The notes under the pieces are model-generated. The model made no database searches. It had not been told where the DNA came from and was given only the letters and a program-made list of their open reading frames with translations. Position numbers and translations under genes: made by a program. From Ostreococcus lucimarinus (Eukaryota), in the NCBI GenBank assembly GCA_000092065.1, contig CP000584.1: 64,000 nt of DNA; one strand, given 5' to 3'. Shown piece by piece: positions 10,792-20,723 of the stretch. Each line of letters begins with the position of its first letter. Position 1 is the first letter of the stretch.

Positions 10792-12558
10792 ATGGCGGAC
10801 GAGGGCGACGCCGCGAAGCCTCGGCTCGACGCCTCGGCGGCGAGCTTCAACTTTAACCCGAGCGCGAGCGCGTTCGAGTTCAAACCGCGCACCGTGACCC
10901 CGGTCGCGGGAGACGACGGGCGCGGGCCGACGCCGCCGCCGGGCGCGCCGCCGGCGAAGGCGGCGTCGCTCTCCATCGGCGGACCGGCCAAGGCGGTGAC
11001 GATCGGCGGACCGGCCAAGGCGGTGACGATCGGCGGACCGGCCAAGGCGGTGTCGCTGTCCATCGGCGGACCGGCCAAGGCGGTGACGATCGGAGGACCG
11101 GCGAAGGCGAAGGCGAGCGAAGACGACGCCGAAGGGGACGAGGCGGCGGCGGCGGCGAGCGCGGCCAAGGTTGAAAAGGTCGCGGCGAAAGTCGCGGAGG
11201 TCGTCATCGAGGACGAAGTGGTGGACGATGTCGAAGACGACACGTTCGATCGTCGCGAGCACCTGAACTTGGTGTTCATCGGACACGTCGATGCGGGGAA
11301 ATCGACGATCGGTGGGCAGATCTTGTTCTTATCGGGCATGGTGGACGATCGCGTGATTCAGAAATACGAGCGAGAGGCGAAGGAGAAAAATCGCGACTCG
11401 TGGTACATGGCGTACATCATGGATACCAGCGAAGAAGAGCGTGCGAAAGGGAAGACTGTCGAAGTCGGTCGCGCGCACTTCGAAACGGAAAAGAAGCGTT
11501 ACACGGTTTTGGACGCTCCGGGTCACAAAAACTACGTACCCAACATGATCGCCGGTACGGCGCAAGCCGACGTGGGGGTGCTCGTTATTTCGGCGCGTAA
11601 GGGTGAATTTGAAACTGGTTTCGATAAAGGTGGTCAGACTCGAGAGCATGCGCAGCTTGCAAAGACGTTAGGCGTCACAAAATTAGTCGTCGTCGTGAAC
11701 AAGATGGATGATCCGAGCGTCGAATGGGCGAAGGAACGTTACGACGAGATTGAAAAGAAAATCACGCCATTTTTGAAGCAGTGTGGTTACAAGATTGATG
11801 CAGATGTCACCTTCGTACCGATCTCGGGCTTGACGGGGGCGAACATGCAGAAGAAGGTTGGATCAGACGTGTGCTCGTGGTATGAAGGAAAGTCATTCTT
11901 CGACACGCTCGACGATCTCGAGCCGCTTCCTAGAGACCCGAACGCTCTGGTAAGATTACCGGTTATGGACAAATATAACGAAGCAGGTGCGATGGTCATG
12001 GGTAAGATTGAATCTGGTACCTTGCGTATGGGTCAGACGCTCATGTTGATGCCAAACAAGGCCGGCGTTAAGGTCGCCGCTTTGTTTCGCGACGAAGTGG
12101 AATGCACGAAATGTTTGCCGGGAGAGAACGTACGCTTAAAGTTGACGGGTGTTCAAGAAAGTGATATCCAACCTGGTTTCGTGCTTTGCAGCGTGAAGGA
12201 GCCCATTCACATCTGCGAAGAGATTGAATGCCAGCTTGCGCTCTTGGAACTGCTCGAGCACAACTCCGTCTTCACGAAGGGGTACAAGGCTGTGATTCAC
12301 ATCCACACGGCAACGGAAGAAGTCGAGGTGACAAAGCTAGTCTCAGAAATCGACACGAAACTACGCAAACCGAAGGAAGGCAAGCCGAAATTCCTGAAGA
12401 GTGGTAGCCTCGGTAACGTTCGCCTCCGCTTTGCCCAACCGGTGTGCGTAGAAAAGTTCGCCGACTACGCTCAGCTCGGTCGTTTCACCTTGCGCGACGA
12501 AGGACGAACCATCGCCATCGGTAAAGTGACTCGCCTCAAACCCAAATCGAGCGATTAA
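10792..12558 (+). CDS. Eukaryotic peptide chain release factor GTPase subunit eRF3
   Basis: The GTPase domain nearly matches the eRF3 consensus (VFIGHVDAGKSTIGGQI, KYEREAKEKNR, DTSEEERAKGKTVEVGRAHFETEKK, NKMDDPSV.W). The N-terminus carries a PAM2-like PABP-binding motif (SFNFNPSASAFEFKP) and tandem IGGPAKAVT repeats. Single exon. Confidence 0.9.
   Translation: MADEGDAAKPRLDASAASFNFNPSASAFEFKPRTVTPVAGDDGRGPTPPPGAPPAKAASLSIGGPAKAVTIGGPAKAVTIGGPAKAVSLSIGGPAKAVTIGGPAKAKASEDDAEGDEAAAAASAAKVEKVAAKVAEVVIEDEVVDDVEDDTFDRREHLNLVFIGHVDAGKSTIGGQILFLSGMVDDRVIQKYEREAKEKNRDSWYMAYIMDTSEEERAKGKTVEVGRAHFETEKKRYTVLDAPGHKNYVPNMIAGTAQADVGVLVISARKGEFETGFDKGGQTREHAQLAKTLGVTKLVVVVNKMDDPSVEWAKERYDEIEKKITPFLKQCGYKIDADVTFVPISGLTGANMQKKVGSDVCSWYEGKSFFDTLDDLEPLPRDPNALVRLPVMDKYNEAGAMVMGKIESGTLRMGQTLMLMPNKAGVKVAALFRDEVECTKCLPGENVRLKLTGVQESDIQPGFVLCSVKEPIHICEEIECQLALLELLEHNSVFTKGYKAVIHIHTATEEVEVTKLVSEIDTKLRKPKEGKPKFLKSGSLGNVRLRFAQPVCVEKFADYAQLGRFTLRDEGRTIAIGKVTRLKPKSSD
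10975..11115 (+). repeat. 27-bp tandem repeat array (5 copies) inside the eRF3 coding sequence
   Basis: atcggcggaccggccaaggcggtgacg repeated 5 times (the third copy has a 6-nt insertion and the fifth is degenerate). It encodes IGGPAKAVT x5. Confidence 0.85.
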
Positions 12559-12647
12559 TCATCACCGTCGCGTTCACGCACCTCGTAGACATATTCAATA
12601 AGTACAAAAATCTCACGAAGAGTGACCCTCAGTGCGCGTCGCGCCGC

Positions 12648-13904
12648 ATGCCGTTTATCGTCCACGCACGTCGAGCGTGCGCGCGCGCCGCGCGCGTACT
12701 CACGCAGTATCGGCGCGAATACATAGCTCTCAGCGCCGGGAACGGTGATCACGGTCGTCTAGGTCACGGCTCACCCGACGAAGCCCATGACGGATGGTCA
12801 CCTCGAAGTTCCAACTACTTTCACCCGGTCGAGGGCGTGAGCGATCTCGATGTGCGCGCCGTCGCCGCCGGCGGTGCGCACAGCGTATTTCTCGTCGCCG
12901 GTGGACACGTATTCACGTGCGGGCTGAACGCGGATGGACAGCTGGGACACTCGGCGGGGCTGCCGTTCTCGCCGGAGCCCATGCTGGTGAGACTGGACGT
13001 CGAAGTCGTAAGCGTAGCCGCTGGGAACGGTCACACGCTGTGCGTCGACGTCGACGGCTGCGTCTGGGCATTTGGAAAAAATACTGCGGGGCAGCTCGGG
13101 ACTGGAAACGTCGACGGGACGATTCCACGGAAGATTGGTGCGCTTGCGAAGGAAGCCCGCGTGGCGCAGGTGGCGTGCGGCGCGGAGCATTCTCTCGCCG
13201 TGGCTGACGACGGACGCGTGTACTCATGGGGCTCGAGTACGGATGGTGTGCTTGGGCACGGATCAGAGACCTGGAACGACGGATGGTTTTATCGCACCGC
13301 GAGGGCTGAATTGGCGCCGAGATTGGTGCGTTCGCTCGAGGACAAAAAGGTGGTGGCTGTCGCCGCTGGGCATATGCATTCGGCGTGTATCGACGACCGA
13401 GGGAACTTGTACACGTGGGGTCAAGGAAGATTTAACCAACTTGGATTGAGTGCGAAGCCTTCGGACCACGAGACGACGCCTTCGCCTGTCATGTCGCTTC
13501 GATTTGTACATGAAATCGCGTGCGGCGGTTTACACAGTCTCGCAAACACAAATGCCGGAGTCGTGTCGTGGGGGGCGAATCAACACGGCGAACTCGGGCA
13601 TGGTCACCATTCAGATATCAAGTCAGCTGTCCCGAAACCCATTAAAATGGGCTCACGCGGTTGGTCAAAACTTGCCGCTGGTTGGAAGCACTCTGCTGGT
13701 ATCGCGAATGGCAAGTTGTTCGCGTGGGGATTTGGCGGTTCAATGGGTTCGTACGCGGACGAGAAAATGTCCAGCGGTGGTCAGTTAGGTTTAGGAAATG
13801 AGTTTGACTTTTGGGAACCACACGAAGTTTCTGTTCCAGGTGAAGTCAAAGATGTTTCGTGTGGATTTAATCACACGCTCGCGTTGGTAGATACTCATAG
13901 CTAG
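12648..13904 (+). CDS. RCC1-repeat (regulator of chromosome condensation-like) beta-propeller protein
   Basis: Seven repeats with G.G..GQLG and GxxHS/T motifs (GDHGRLGHG, GAHSVFL, GNGHTLCV, GAEHSLAV, GGLHSLAN, GWKHSAGI, GFNHTLAL). ATG at 12648. Confidence 0.75.
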   Translation: MPFIVHARRACARAARVLTQYRREYIALSAGNGDHGRLGHGSPDEAHDGWSPRSSNYFHPVEGVSDLDVRAVAAGGAHSVFLVAGGHVFTCGLNADGQLGHSAGLPFSPEPMLVRLDVEVVSVAAGNGHTLCVDVDGCVWAFGKNTAGQLGTGNVDGTIPRKIGALAKEARVAQVACGAEHSLAVADDGRVYSWGSSTDGVLGHGSETWNDGWFYRTARAELAPRLVRSLEDKKVVAVAAGHMHSACIDDRGNLYTWGQGRFNQLGLSAKPSDHETTPSPVMSLRFVHEIACGGLHSLANTNAGVVSWGANQHGELGHGHHSDIKSAVPKPIKMGSRGWSKLAAGWKHSAGIANGKLFAWGFGGSMGSYADEKMSSGGQLGLGNEFDFWEPHEVSVPGEVKDVSCGFNHTLALVDTHS

Positions 13905-13924
13905 CTTATTTGAAATTCATACAA

Positions 13925-15337
13925 TTACTTCCTAGTAGATGCTTCCTCATTTTCCATGCGCCGCACTCGCACCAGGCTAATGGCACCTATGCCTACAAAA
14001 CCAGCGAGTACCTTGAACACCGTGTGCCAGCCGTACGTCGAAGCCAATGCGCCGACCAAAATTTGACCGGTACCACTTCCAATAGCACCTGCAGAGTCGA
14101 TCAATCCAGAGATGATACCGATGATACCGCCGCGATCACTATGTATCTTTGCTTTCTTTCCCACTTCCGCGCTCATGACACCCGCGAACAACGCCGCGGC
14201 TGGTCCGATGAGGAATCCAGCCAAGAAGATGCAAGACACTGTCCCGCCCAACGTCTTTGAGTACGGGATCGCCAACAGCGGCACAAGTCCTAAAACTAAA
14301 CTAACTAGGAACAACAAGACCCATCTTCCGATCAATCTATTCAATAATGCCGCGAAGCCCATTCCAAGAATCAACGATAAATCAAAGAATTGCGTCGAAA
14401 CTATGGACGAACTATGCGAATCAAAACGCTCCTCGACGTAATACGGAATCCAAAATAGCAAGGACGTGACCACGACCTTCAGCGCCATGACGGAAAAAGC
14501 GTAATCAAGTACGCCAGGAATTTTCGAAACGTCACTCATGACTCGCCAAAAGCCTGCCTGCGGGGACTCATCTTCAACCGTCTCCGATACCGGCGGCGCG
14601 TCCAACAAGGAGGCTTCCTCCTCGTCCTCGTCCTCCTCATCTCTCACGATGCGCGCTTTGTTCGCTCCGATGCACACCAAGAATAGCACGAGATTCAATA
14701 GCACGAACACGCCCGCGACGAACATGACGTACGGCCAGTGCTCTTCTCCCTCGCGCAACACCGCCTGCGCGATTTGCAAACCGACGATGTCGCCCACGGG
14801 CGACGCCGTCGCCCACACCGTCAACACAGTCGCTCTAAAGTACGGTTCGATACTATCGCTCAAAAGCGCGATAAAATTTGGATACGTCCACCCCTGGACG
14901 AACGCCGAAGCCATCCACAGCGGCACGTGCGCCGTCCACGCCACCGTCCACGCCTCGTCCTCGCTCTTCGGCGCGAGCGCGTACCCAATCACCGCCCCGA
15001 ACGCGATCGACAGCAATCCCGTGAGCAAGAAACTGATCGCGATCGTTTTTCGTACCCCGTATTTACGTCCGAGGTACCCCGCCGTGAACAATCCGCACGC
15101 GTAGCTCGCGCAAAACCCGAAGTCAATCTCCCCCAGCAGCACCGTCGGGTACTTGGCGCGGTCGTGCAGCGTCGATTTACACGCCATGTACCCCTCGCGC
15201 ACGGCGTGGAACGAGGTAAAGTTCACGAACGACACCACCACCGTCATCCACGACGTTCGATCGCGCTTCGACATCGGTCGCACCACCCGCATCGCGCCGA
15301 TGTCTGACGCAACACCCATCGGTGGTGCGGTCCGCAT
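13925..15337 (-). CDS. MFS transporter (sugar-phosphate / glycerol-3-phosphate permease-like)
   Basis: 3' part of track ORF 13925..16033 (-). About 12 TM helices, an MFS signature near TM2-3 (GLFTAGYLGRKYGVRKTI), and an acidic loop (DEEDEDEEE). First plausible ATG at 15337 (alternatives 15319, 15292, 15274). The upstream 230 aa of the track ORF is Arg-rich and antisense to the WD40 gene, so it is treated as spurious. Confidence 0.65.
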   Translation of the reverse strand: MRTAPPMGVASDIGAMRVVRPMSKRDRTSWMTVVVSFVNFTSFHAVREGYMACKSTLHDRAKYPTVLLGEIDFGFCASYACGLFTAGYLGRKYGVRKTIAISFLLTGLLSIAFGAVIGYALAPKSEDEAWTVAWTAHVPLWMASAFVQGWTYPNFIALLSDSIEPYFRATVLTVWATASPVGDIVGLQIAQAVLREGEEHWPYVMFVAGVFVLLNLVLFLVCIGANKARIVRDEEDEDEEEASLLDAPPVSETVEDESPQAGFWRVMSDVSKIPGVLDYAFSVMALKVVVTSLLFWIPYYVEERFDSHSSSIVSTQFFDLSLILGMGFAALLNRLIGRWVLLFLVSLVLGLVPLLAIPYSKTLGGTVSCIFLAGFLIGPAAALFAGVMSAEVGKKAKIHSDRGGIIGIISGLIDSAGAIGSGTGQILVGALASTYGWHTVFKVLAGFVGIGAISLVRVRRMENEEASTRK

Positions 15338-15355
15338 CGCGAGGCGCGACGCGCG

Positions 15356-16732
15356 ATGACGTCGTCGTCGTCGTCGACGCTCGCCGCGCTCGTCGCGACG
15401 TGCGGCGTCGAAGCCGACGGCCGGTCGTCGATCAGGGTGTACGACCCCGAGGCGGGACGCGCGACGCTCGCGGCGTCGCGCGCGCTCGAACGACGCGCCG
15501 AGGGCGACGCGCGATGCGTCGCGTGGTCGCCCTCGAACGGGGCGCTGTGCGCGGGGACGACCGAGGCGGGGTGCGTGCTGATGAAACCCGACCTGAGCGA
15601 TCTCGGACGAGTGCCCGAACGCGCGGTGGCGGGCGAGGGAGAGGTGCACGCGGTGGACTTCTCCGCGGGGTCGCGATACTTGGTCGCTGGCGGGACGGGA
15701 GAGGCTCGGGTGTGGGATTTGAAGCGGAAACGCGAACATCGCGTGTTCTCGGGACACACGGGTGGGGTGGCGACGGTGAAATATGGCATGTTCGGCCGAG
15801 TGGTCGGGAGCGGAGGACACGATGGGACGGTGCTCGTGCGGGACGTCGAGAGCGGGGCGACCAAGGCGAAACTGTCGCCGCCGACGCTGAGCGGAGTGAC
15901 CTCGATAGATTTCTCCGAGTACTCGCCCCAACACTTGGTGTCGGCGTGTGCGGATGGCACGGTCAGACTGTGGGACGCCGAAGTCGGCGAGCTGCAGTCG
16001 ACGCTCACGGTTCGAGGGTCTGAGTGTTATCAAGTTGAATTTTCACCCGTGGCTCCGGGCTTGGTCGGATACGTCAAGAGCGATGGGAGAGTGGTGCTTC
16101 AAGACGTCGCCTCTCCGACGCCGTCAGGCGCGTTGACATTTCGATCGACGCAAGTGACGTGCATGGCTTGGCATTATTCGGGCTTCGGGCTCGTAGTGGG
16201 GACGTCAAACGGTGTCGTGACTTGGCTGGACACGCGAAAGATTAGCGGCGGCGCCGACATCGCCACGTGCAAAATCTACGACGTCAAGGCGCACGAAGGT
16301 GCGGTGAATTCGCTCAGTTGGCAAAAGCCCGTTCCGCACTCGTTTCAAGTCGAAAGCACGCCCGCGCGTGGAGACAACCTGCCGGATTCTCCCATGACGC
16401 CCGTCGCGGAAAAGTCCAATCGCTTGCTCCACGGTCAACGCGCGCACACACCGCCAGCCGCGGCGTTGGCGCGCGAGGAGTTGAAACTCGTCGGCACAAA
16501 TCCCATCCCCACCACCGCGGACGTGTCATCTTTGCTCGACGCCGCCGTGGAGAAGTTCGGCGGCGACCTCTCCGCTCGCGTTCGAGACGTCCATCTCGAA
16601 CTCTTGCGACAGCACCAACTTCAACAAGAGGAAACCGCGCGCATGTTCGCCGACATGCAGCACGCACAGCTGGAGATGGCGGCCGAAATAGCCGCTCTAA
16701 GAATTGCATTAGAAAATAGCCGATCAGCCTGA
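15356..16732 (+). CDS. WD40-repeat protein with C-terminal helical/coiled region
   Basis: Multiple WD repeats (GGHDGTVLVRDV, CADGTVRLWD, VGTSNGVVTWLD) and a C-terminal alpha-helical tail (LELLRQHQLQQEETARMFADMQ...). ATG at 15356. The specific family (NEDD1 or katanin-p80-like) is not resolved. Confidence 0.6.
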   Translation: MTSSSSSTLAALVATCGVEADGRSSIRVYDPEAGRATLAASRALERRAEGDARCVAWSPSNGALCAGTTEAGCVLMKPDLSDLGRVPERAVAGEGEVHAVDFSAGSRYLVAGGTGEARVWDLKRKREHRVFSGHTGGVATVKYGMFGRVVGSGGHDGTVLVRDVESGATKAKLSPPTLSGVTSIDFSEYSPQHLVSACADGTVRLWDAEVGELQSTLTVRGSECYQVEFSPVAPGLVGYVKSDGRVVLQDVASPTPSGALTFRSTQVTCMAWHYSGFGLVVGTSNGVVTWLDTRKISGGADIATCKIYDVKAHEGAVNSLSWQKPVPHSFQVESTPARGDNLPDSPMTPVAEKSNRLLHGQRAHTPPAAALAREELKLVGTNPIPTTADVSSLLDAAVEKFGGDLSARVRDVHLELLRQHQLQQEETARMFADMQHAQLEMAAEIAALRIALENSRSA

Positions 16733-16833
16733 CGTTGTAATGTTGCATAAACGCGCGTAATCTTCAATCTTCAGTCTTGAATCTCCCACGCGATGCCTCA
16801 GCGCGCGCCTCGCGCCTCATCTAAGACGGACGC

Positions 16834-18000
16834 ATGCCGCGCGAGTCGCTGCGTCACGCCATCCCCTCGTCCTACGACGAAGAGATGGAGCAACTCCGCG
16901 TCGCGCTCGAGATATCTGCGCGCGCGTCGACCTCACACGACGTTCACGCGTCGTCCTCGGCGCGAAATTCGCTACGACAATCCGCGGCACCACACGTAAC
17001 GACTTCACCTCGTTTCGTCAACGGGAGCGGCGCGTCGACGCGAACGGCGGGACGAACGGGACGAGTGCTCGTCGATGACGCGCGCGCGCGTCGTCCTGCG
17101 CGCGCGCGCGATGATTTCGCGGACGACGACGATGACGCGCGGGCGACGCTCGCGGAGCGGCTCGAGCGGCGGCACGGCGTCTCGGCGCGAGACGCGCAGC
17201 GCGTGGTGGACGTGCTCGACGGTGACTACGCGCGCGCGGAGGACGTGTGCTTGATCGTAAAAATGGTACCCACGAGTGTGGATCGAGCGATCGCGCATTT
17301 GAGGAACGTGGGATGGGACGTGGATTTGGCGTTGTCGAGGATGTTGGACGCGTCGAAGACGAGCCCGAACGCCGAGACTGAGCGGGAGGAATTGAAGCGG
17401 CGCGCGAGGTCGATGCGACGCCCGGGGGGTGATGGGAAGGCCGACGAAGCGAGGACGGTAAAGCAGAATTTGAACTATACTCCCGGTGCGGGCCATCGCG
17501 AGTCAGAGTCGGGATTTTCGTCGGCGTCGTTTCGCGCGTCTCCCGCCTCGCGAGCGCGCGACGAAGAAACGGAGCGGTATCATCGCGAGCGGTGGGAGAG
17601 CGAAATTTCCGATCGCGCGGCACAAGCGAACAAAGCGAAGTCAAAATGGGACTCATCTCAACCTACCGCGGCATCGACGCCTCGTACGGCGTCGGGATCG
17701 GAGCACGCTCGCGAGACTTTGCGATCCGAACCGCCAAAGCCTTCGCATTCGGCGCCGCGACCCTCTCGCGCGTCCGACCCCCCACTCGCCACCCTCGAGC
17801 GCGAAGGTTTGGTACAAGTTCTCACCGCGCTCGGCGTTGAACCGTCGTCGTCTTCTATCACTGCCGTGCGTTCGGCGTACAGAAAAGCTGCCCTTCGTTT
17901 CCATCCCGACCGTCTCTCCGCCGCCGGCGCGCTCGAGCGCTCCTACAAATCCGACGTCTGGAAGCTTCTCTCGTCCAAGATGGACGCCTACGCCCCCTAG
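16834..18000 (+). CDS. Ubiquitin-interacting-motif protein with C-terminal J-like (HPD) domain
   Basis: N-terminal UIM (YDEEMEQLRVALEISAR), a central UBA/CUE-like helical segment, an acidic/Ser-rich low-complexity middle, and a C-terminal J-domain-like helix II-III with YRKAALRFHPDR. ATG at 16834. Confidence 0.45.
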   Translation: MPRESLRHAIPSSYDEEMEQLRVALEISARASTSHDVHASSSARNSLRQSAAPHVTTSPRFVNGSGASTRTAGRTGRVLVDDARARRPARARDDFADDDDDARATLAERLERRHGVSARDAQRVVDVLDGDYARAEDVCLIVKMVPTSVDRAIAHLRNVGWDVDLALSRMLDASKTSPNAETEREELKRRARSMRRPGGDGKADEARTVKQNLNYTPGAGHRESESGFSSASFRASPASRARDEETERYHRERWESEISDRAAQANKAKSKWDSSQPTAASTPRTASGSEHARETLRSEPPKPSHSAPRPSRASDPPLATLEREGLVQVLTALGVEPSSSSITAVRSAYRKAALRFHPDRLSAAGALERSYKSDVWKLLSSKMDAYAP

Positions 18001-18358
18001 CGATGATGTTGATTCTAATAGTATCTTTAGCATCTTTAGTGTTCTCGTCTCAACTCCTCAGTGTTCTGGTCTCGAGCCTCCATTCACCGCTCGCCGAGGG
18101 CTTCGTTCGCGAAACCTCGCGCGCGCGGCTCTCTCCTCAACGGGCGGTTCCGCGGTTTCGCGCTCGCCTGACCTCGGATCTGCACTCGACGTCGAGCGCG
18201 TCGTCGGCGTTCGCGCGAACGACGCGCGTGCGACGAACGCACGACACGCGCGCGCGTCAAACGCACGCGTCCGCGCGTCGTACGTTGCCGTTTACGCGCG
18301 CGCGCGCGAGCGCGAACGCGCGATTCGATCGCAACGTTTGGTCGCGATCTGAACAAAG

Positions 18359-18376
18359 ATGTTGACGAAGTTCGAG
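18359..18376 (+). CDS. COPA: Coatomer subunit alpha (COPA), exon 1 of 4
   Basis: MLTKFE matches the universally conserved COPA N-terminus MLTKFE; it is followed by a GTACGA donor. Intron 1 is 18377..18461. Confidence 0.85.
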
Positions 18377-18461
18377 GTACGACGCGCGATGTGGCGCCGC
18401 GACGACGCGTGGATCGCGAGAAGTGATCGTCGAGCGGGACTGACGCGCGCGACGACCGCAG

Positions 18462-18651
18462 ACGAAATCGAACCGGGTGAAAGGGTTGGCGTTTCACCCC
18501 AAGCGACCGTGGATTTTGGCGTCGCTGCACAGCGGGGTGATTCAGTTATGGGATTATCGCATGGGAACGCTGATCGATCGATTCGATGAGCACGAGGGTC
18601 CAGTGCGGGGGGTACACTTTCACAGTTCGCAGCCGTTATTCGTGTCAGGAG
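18462..18651 (+). CDS. COPA: Coatomer subunit alpha (COPA), exon 2 of 4
   Basis: [64 protein letters not shown] aligns with human COPA residues 7-69. The exon ends in phase 1 before a GTGCGT donor. Intron 2 is 18652..18783. Confidence 0.85.
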
Positions 18652-18783
18652 GTGCGTGATGATGGGGCGAGGCGAAGAGGGCGACGCGCGCGATCGACCC
18701 GAGACGCGATCGCAAACGCGAGGCGAGGAAAATGCGACGGGGGGAGAAATTGAGACTGACCGCGCGCTATTGCGCTGAAACAG

Positions 18784-20504
18784 GGGATGATTATAAGATC
18801 AAGGTTTGGAGTTACAAGCTCAGACGGTGTATGTTCACGCTTTTGGGTCACTTGGACTACATCAGAACGGTTGAGTTTCACCAAGAGTACCCGTGGATCG
18901 TCTCCGCTTCGGATGATCAGACGATTCGGATCTGGAACTGGCAGAGCAGAAGCTCGATTGCGGTTCTCACGGGACATAATCACTACGTTATGTGCGCGAG
19001 ATTCCATCACAAGGATGACTTGGTGGTTTCGGCGTCATTGGATCAGACGGTGAGAGTTTGGGACATTAGCGGTCTCCGGCGCAAGGCTGTGAGTCCGGCG
19101 GATGAGCTCCGCATGCCGCAAATGAACAACGATCTGTTTGGTGGAGGTGACACTGTGGTGAAGTACATCCTAGAAGGTCACGACCGCGGCGTCAATTGGG
19201 CGGCTTTCCACCCGACGTTGCCGCTGATTGTGTCCGGTGCGGACGATCGTCAAGTGAAGCTTTGGCGCATGAACGACACGAAGGCTTGGGAAGTTGACTC
19301 TCTTCGTGGACACGTCAACAACGTGAGTTGTGTCGCTTTCCATGCCAGGCAGGATGTGATTGTGTCGAACTCAGAGGACAAGTCGATCCGTGTGTGGGAC
19401 ATGTCAAAGCGAGCCGACGCGCAAACCTTCCGACGAGAGAATGATCGGTTCTGGATCTTGGCCGCGCATCCTGAAGTCAATTTGTTAGCCGCAGGCCATG
19501 ACAGTGGTATGATTGTTTTCAAGCTCGAACGTGAACGTCCGGCGTACACCAGCCACCAAGGTAGCTTGTTCTACGTGAAGGATCGCTACTTGCGCCGCTA
19601 TGACTTTCAGTCTCAGCGGGATAATCCGTTGGTGTCCATCCGACGCACCGTTGGAGGTCCCAACTCGAGCCCGAGATCCATGTCATACAACCCAGCGGAG
19701 AATGCGGTGCTCATTACGTACGATGCCGGTGGTGAAAACTACGAGCTTTTCATGTTACCAAAGGATAGCGGCCGAGGCGAAGTCAGTGGCGACTCACGTC
19801 GCGGTAACGGTATTGGCGCGGTCTTCGTGGCCAGAAACCGATTTGCGACACTGGATAAGCAATCGAATAACATCATCATCAAGAACTTGGACAACGAAAT
19901 GACCAAGAAGTGTGCCTGCCCTACCCCGGGCACTGACATGATCTTCTATGCTGGCACAGGATCGCTCTTGTGCCGCTCCGATGAGAAGATGGTGTTGTTT
20001 GATCTCCAACAGCGCGCCGCTATCGCCGAGCTTGCTGCACCACACATCAAGTACGTCGTCTGGGCGTCAGATATGAGCCGTGTTGCTCTGCTGAGTAAGC
20101 ACGCCATCGTTCTCGCGGATCGCAAGCTTGGTCACTCTGTCACGGTGCACGAAACCATTCGCGTAAAGTCGGGAGCCTGGGACGATCACGGTGTCTTCAT
20201 CTACACTACGCTCAACCACATCAAATACGCCTTACCAAATGGTGACTCGGGCATTATTCGCACGTTGGATAACCCCGTGTACCTCACCAAGGTGTTTGGC
20301 AATGTCATTTTCTGTTTGGATCGTGATGGACGTAACCGTCAGCTTCAGTTTGACCCGTCAGAGTACATGTTCAAGCTCGCGCTCAATGCGAAGAGGTTCG
20401 ATCAAGTGCTTTCGATGATCAAAAGTGGACAGCTCTGCGGCCAATCGATCATCGCGTACTTGCAGCAAAAGGGTTACCCGGAGATCGCGCTCCACTTCGT
20501 TCAG
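18784..20504 (+). CDS. COPA: Coatomer subunit alpha (COPA), exon 3 of 4
   Basis: [55 protein letters not shown]... is a near-identical alignment to COPA WD40 repeats. It ends ...ALHFVQ before a GTGAGT donor. Intron 3 is 20505..20723 (relatively AT-rich). Confidence 0.85.
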
Positions 20505-20723
20505 GTGAGTTTCTCGTGCAACTTTTTCGGCGCTTTCTCGACGACCTTTTGGCACACGATGATTATCTACAACCTTACGGATCCTTCCTTGGTGAATGCC
20601 GAGAGTCTATGAAGATTTCTTGTTCGCTATTTTTTTGTATGAGTGTTCCAGCGACACTGCATTTGCTGCTCTTTTTTCGCCGACGGCGGCTTGACTAACG
20701 TCTCTATTCTTTTCATAAAACAG

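Noticed and set aside
13925-16033. Track ORF suggesting a 702 aa protein (MFS transporter with a 230 aa Arg-rich N-terminal extension).
   Set aside because: The extension is antisense to the WD40 gene that starts at 15356 and is Arg-rich noise. The MFS domain begins after the internal ATG at 15337.
18652-20723. Possibility that the repeated GC-rich introns are Micromonas introner elements, or that the AT-richer COPA intron 3 (20505..20723) hosts a box C/D snoRNA.
   Set aside because: Direct comparison of the about 180 bp introns (DCAF7, K/A-rich paralog 1, COPA intron 2) showed no shared sequence beyond the donor hexamer. COPA intron 3 has only an imperfect C-box-like GATGATT and no convincing D box (CTGA) in the right position. 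Without a reference IE consensus I cannot support either call.
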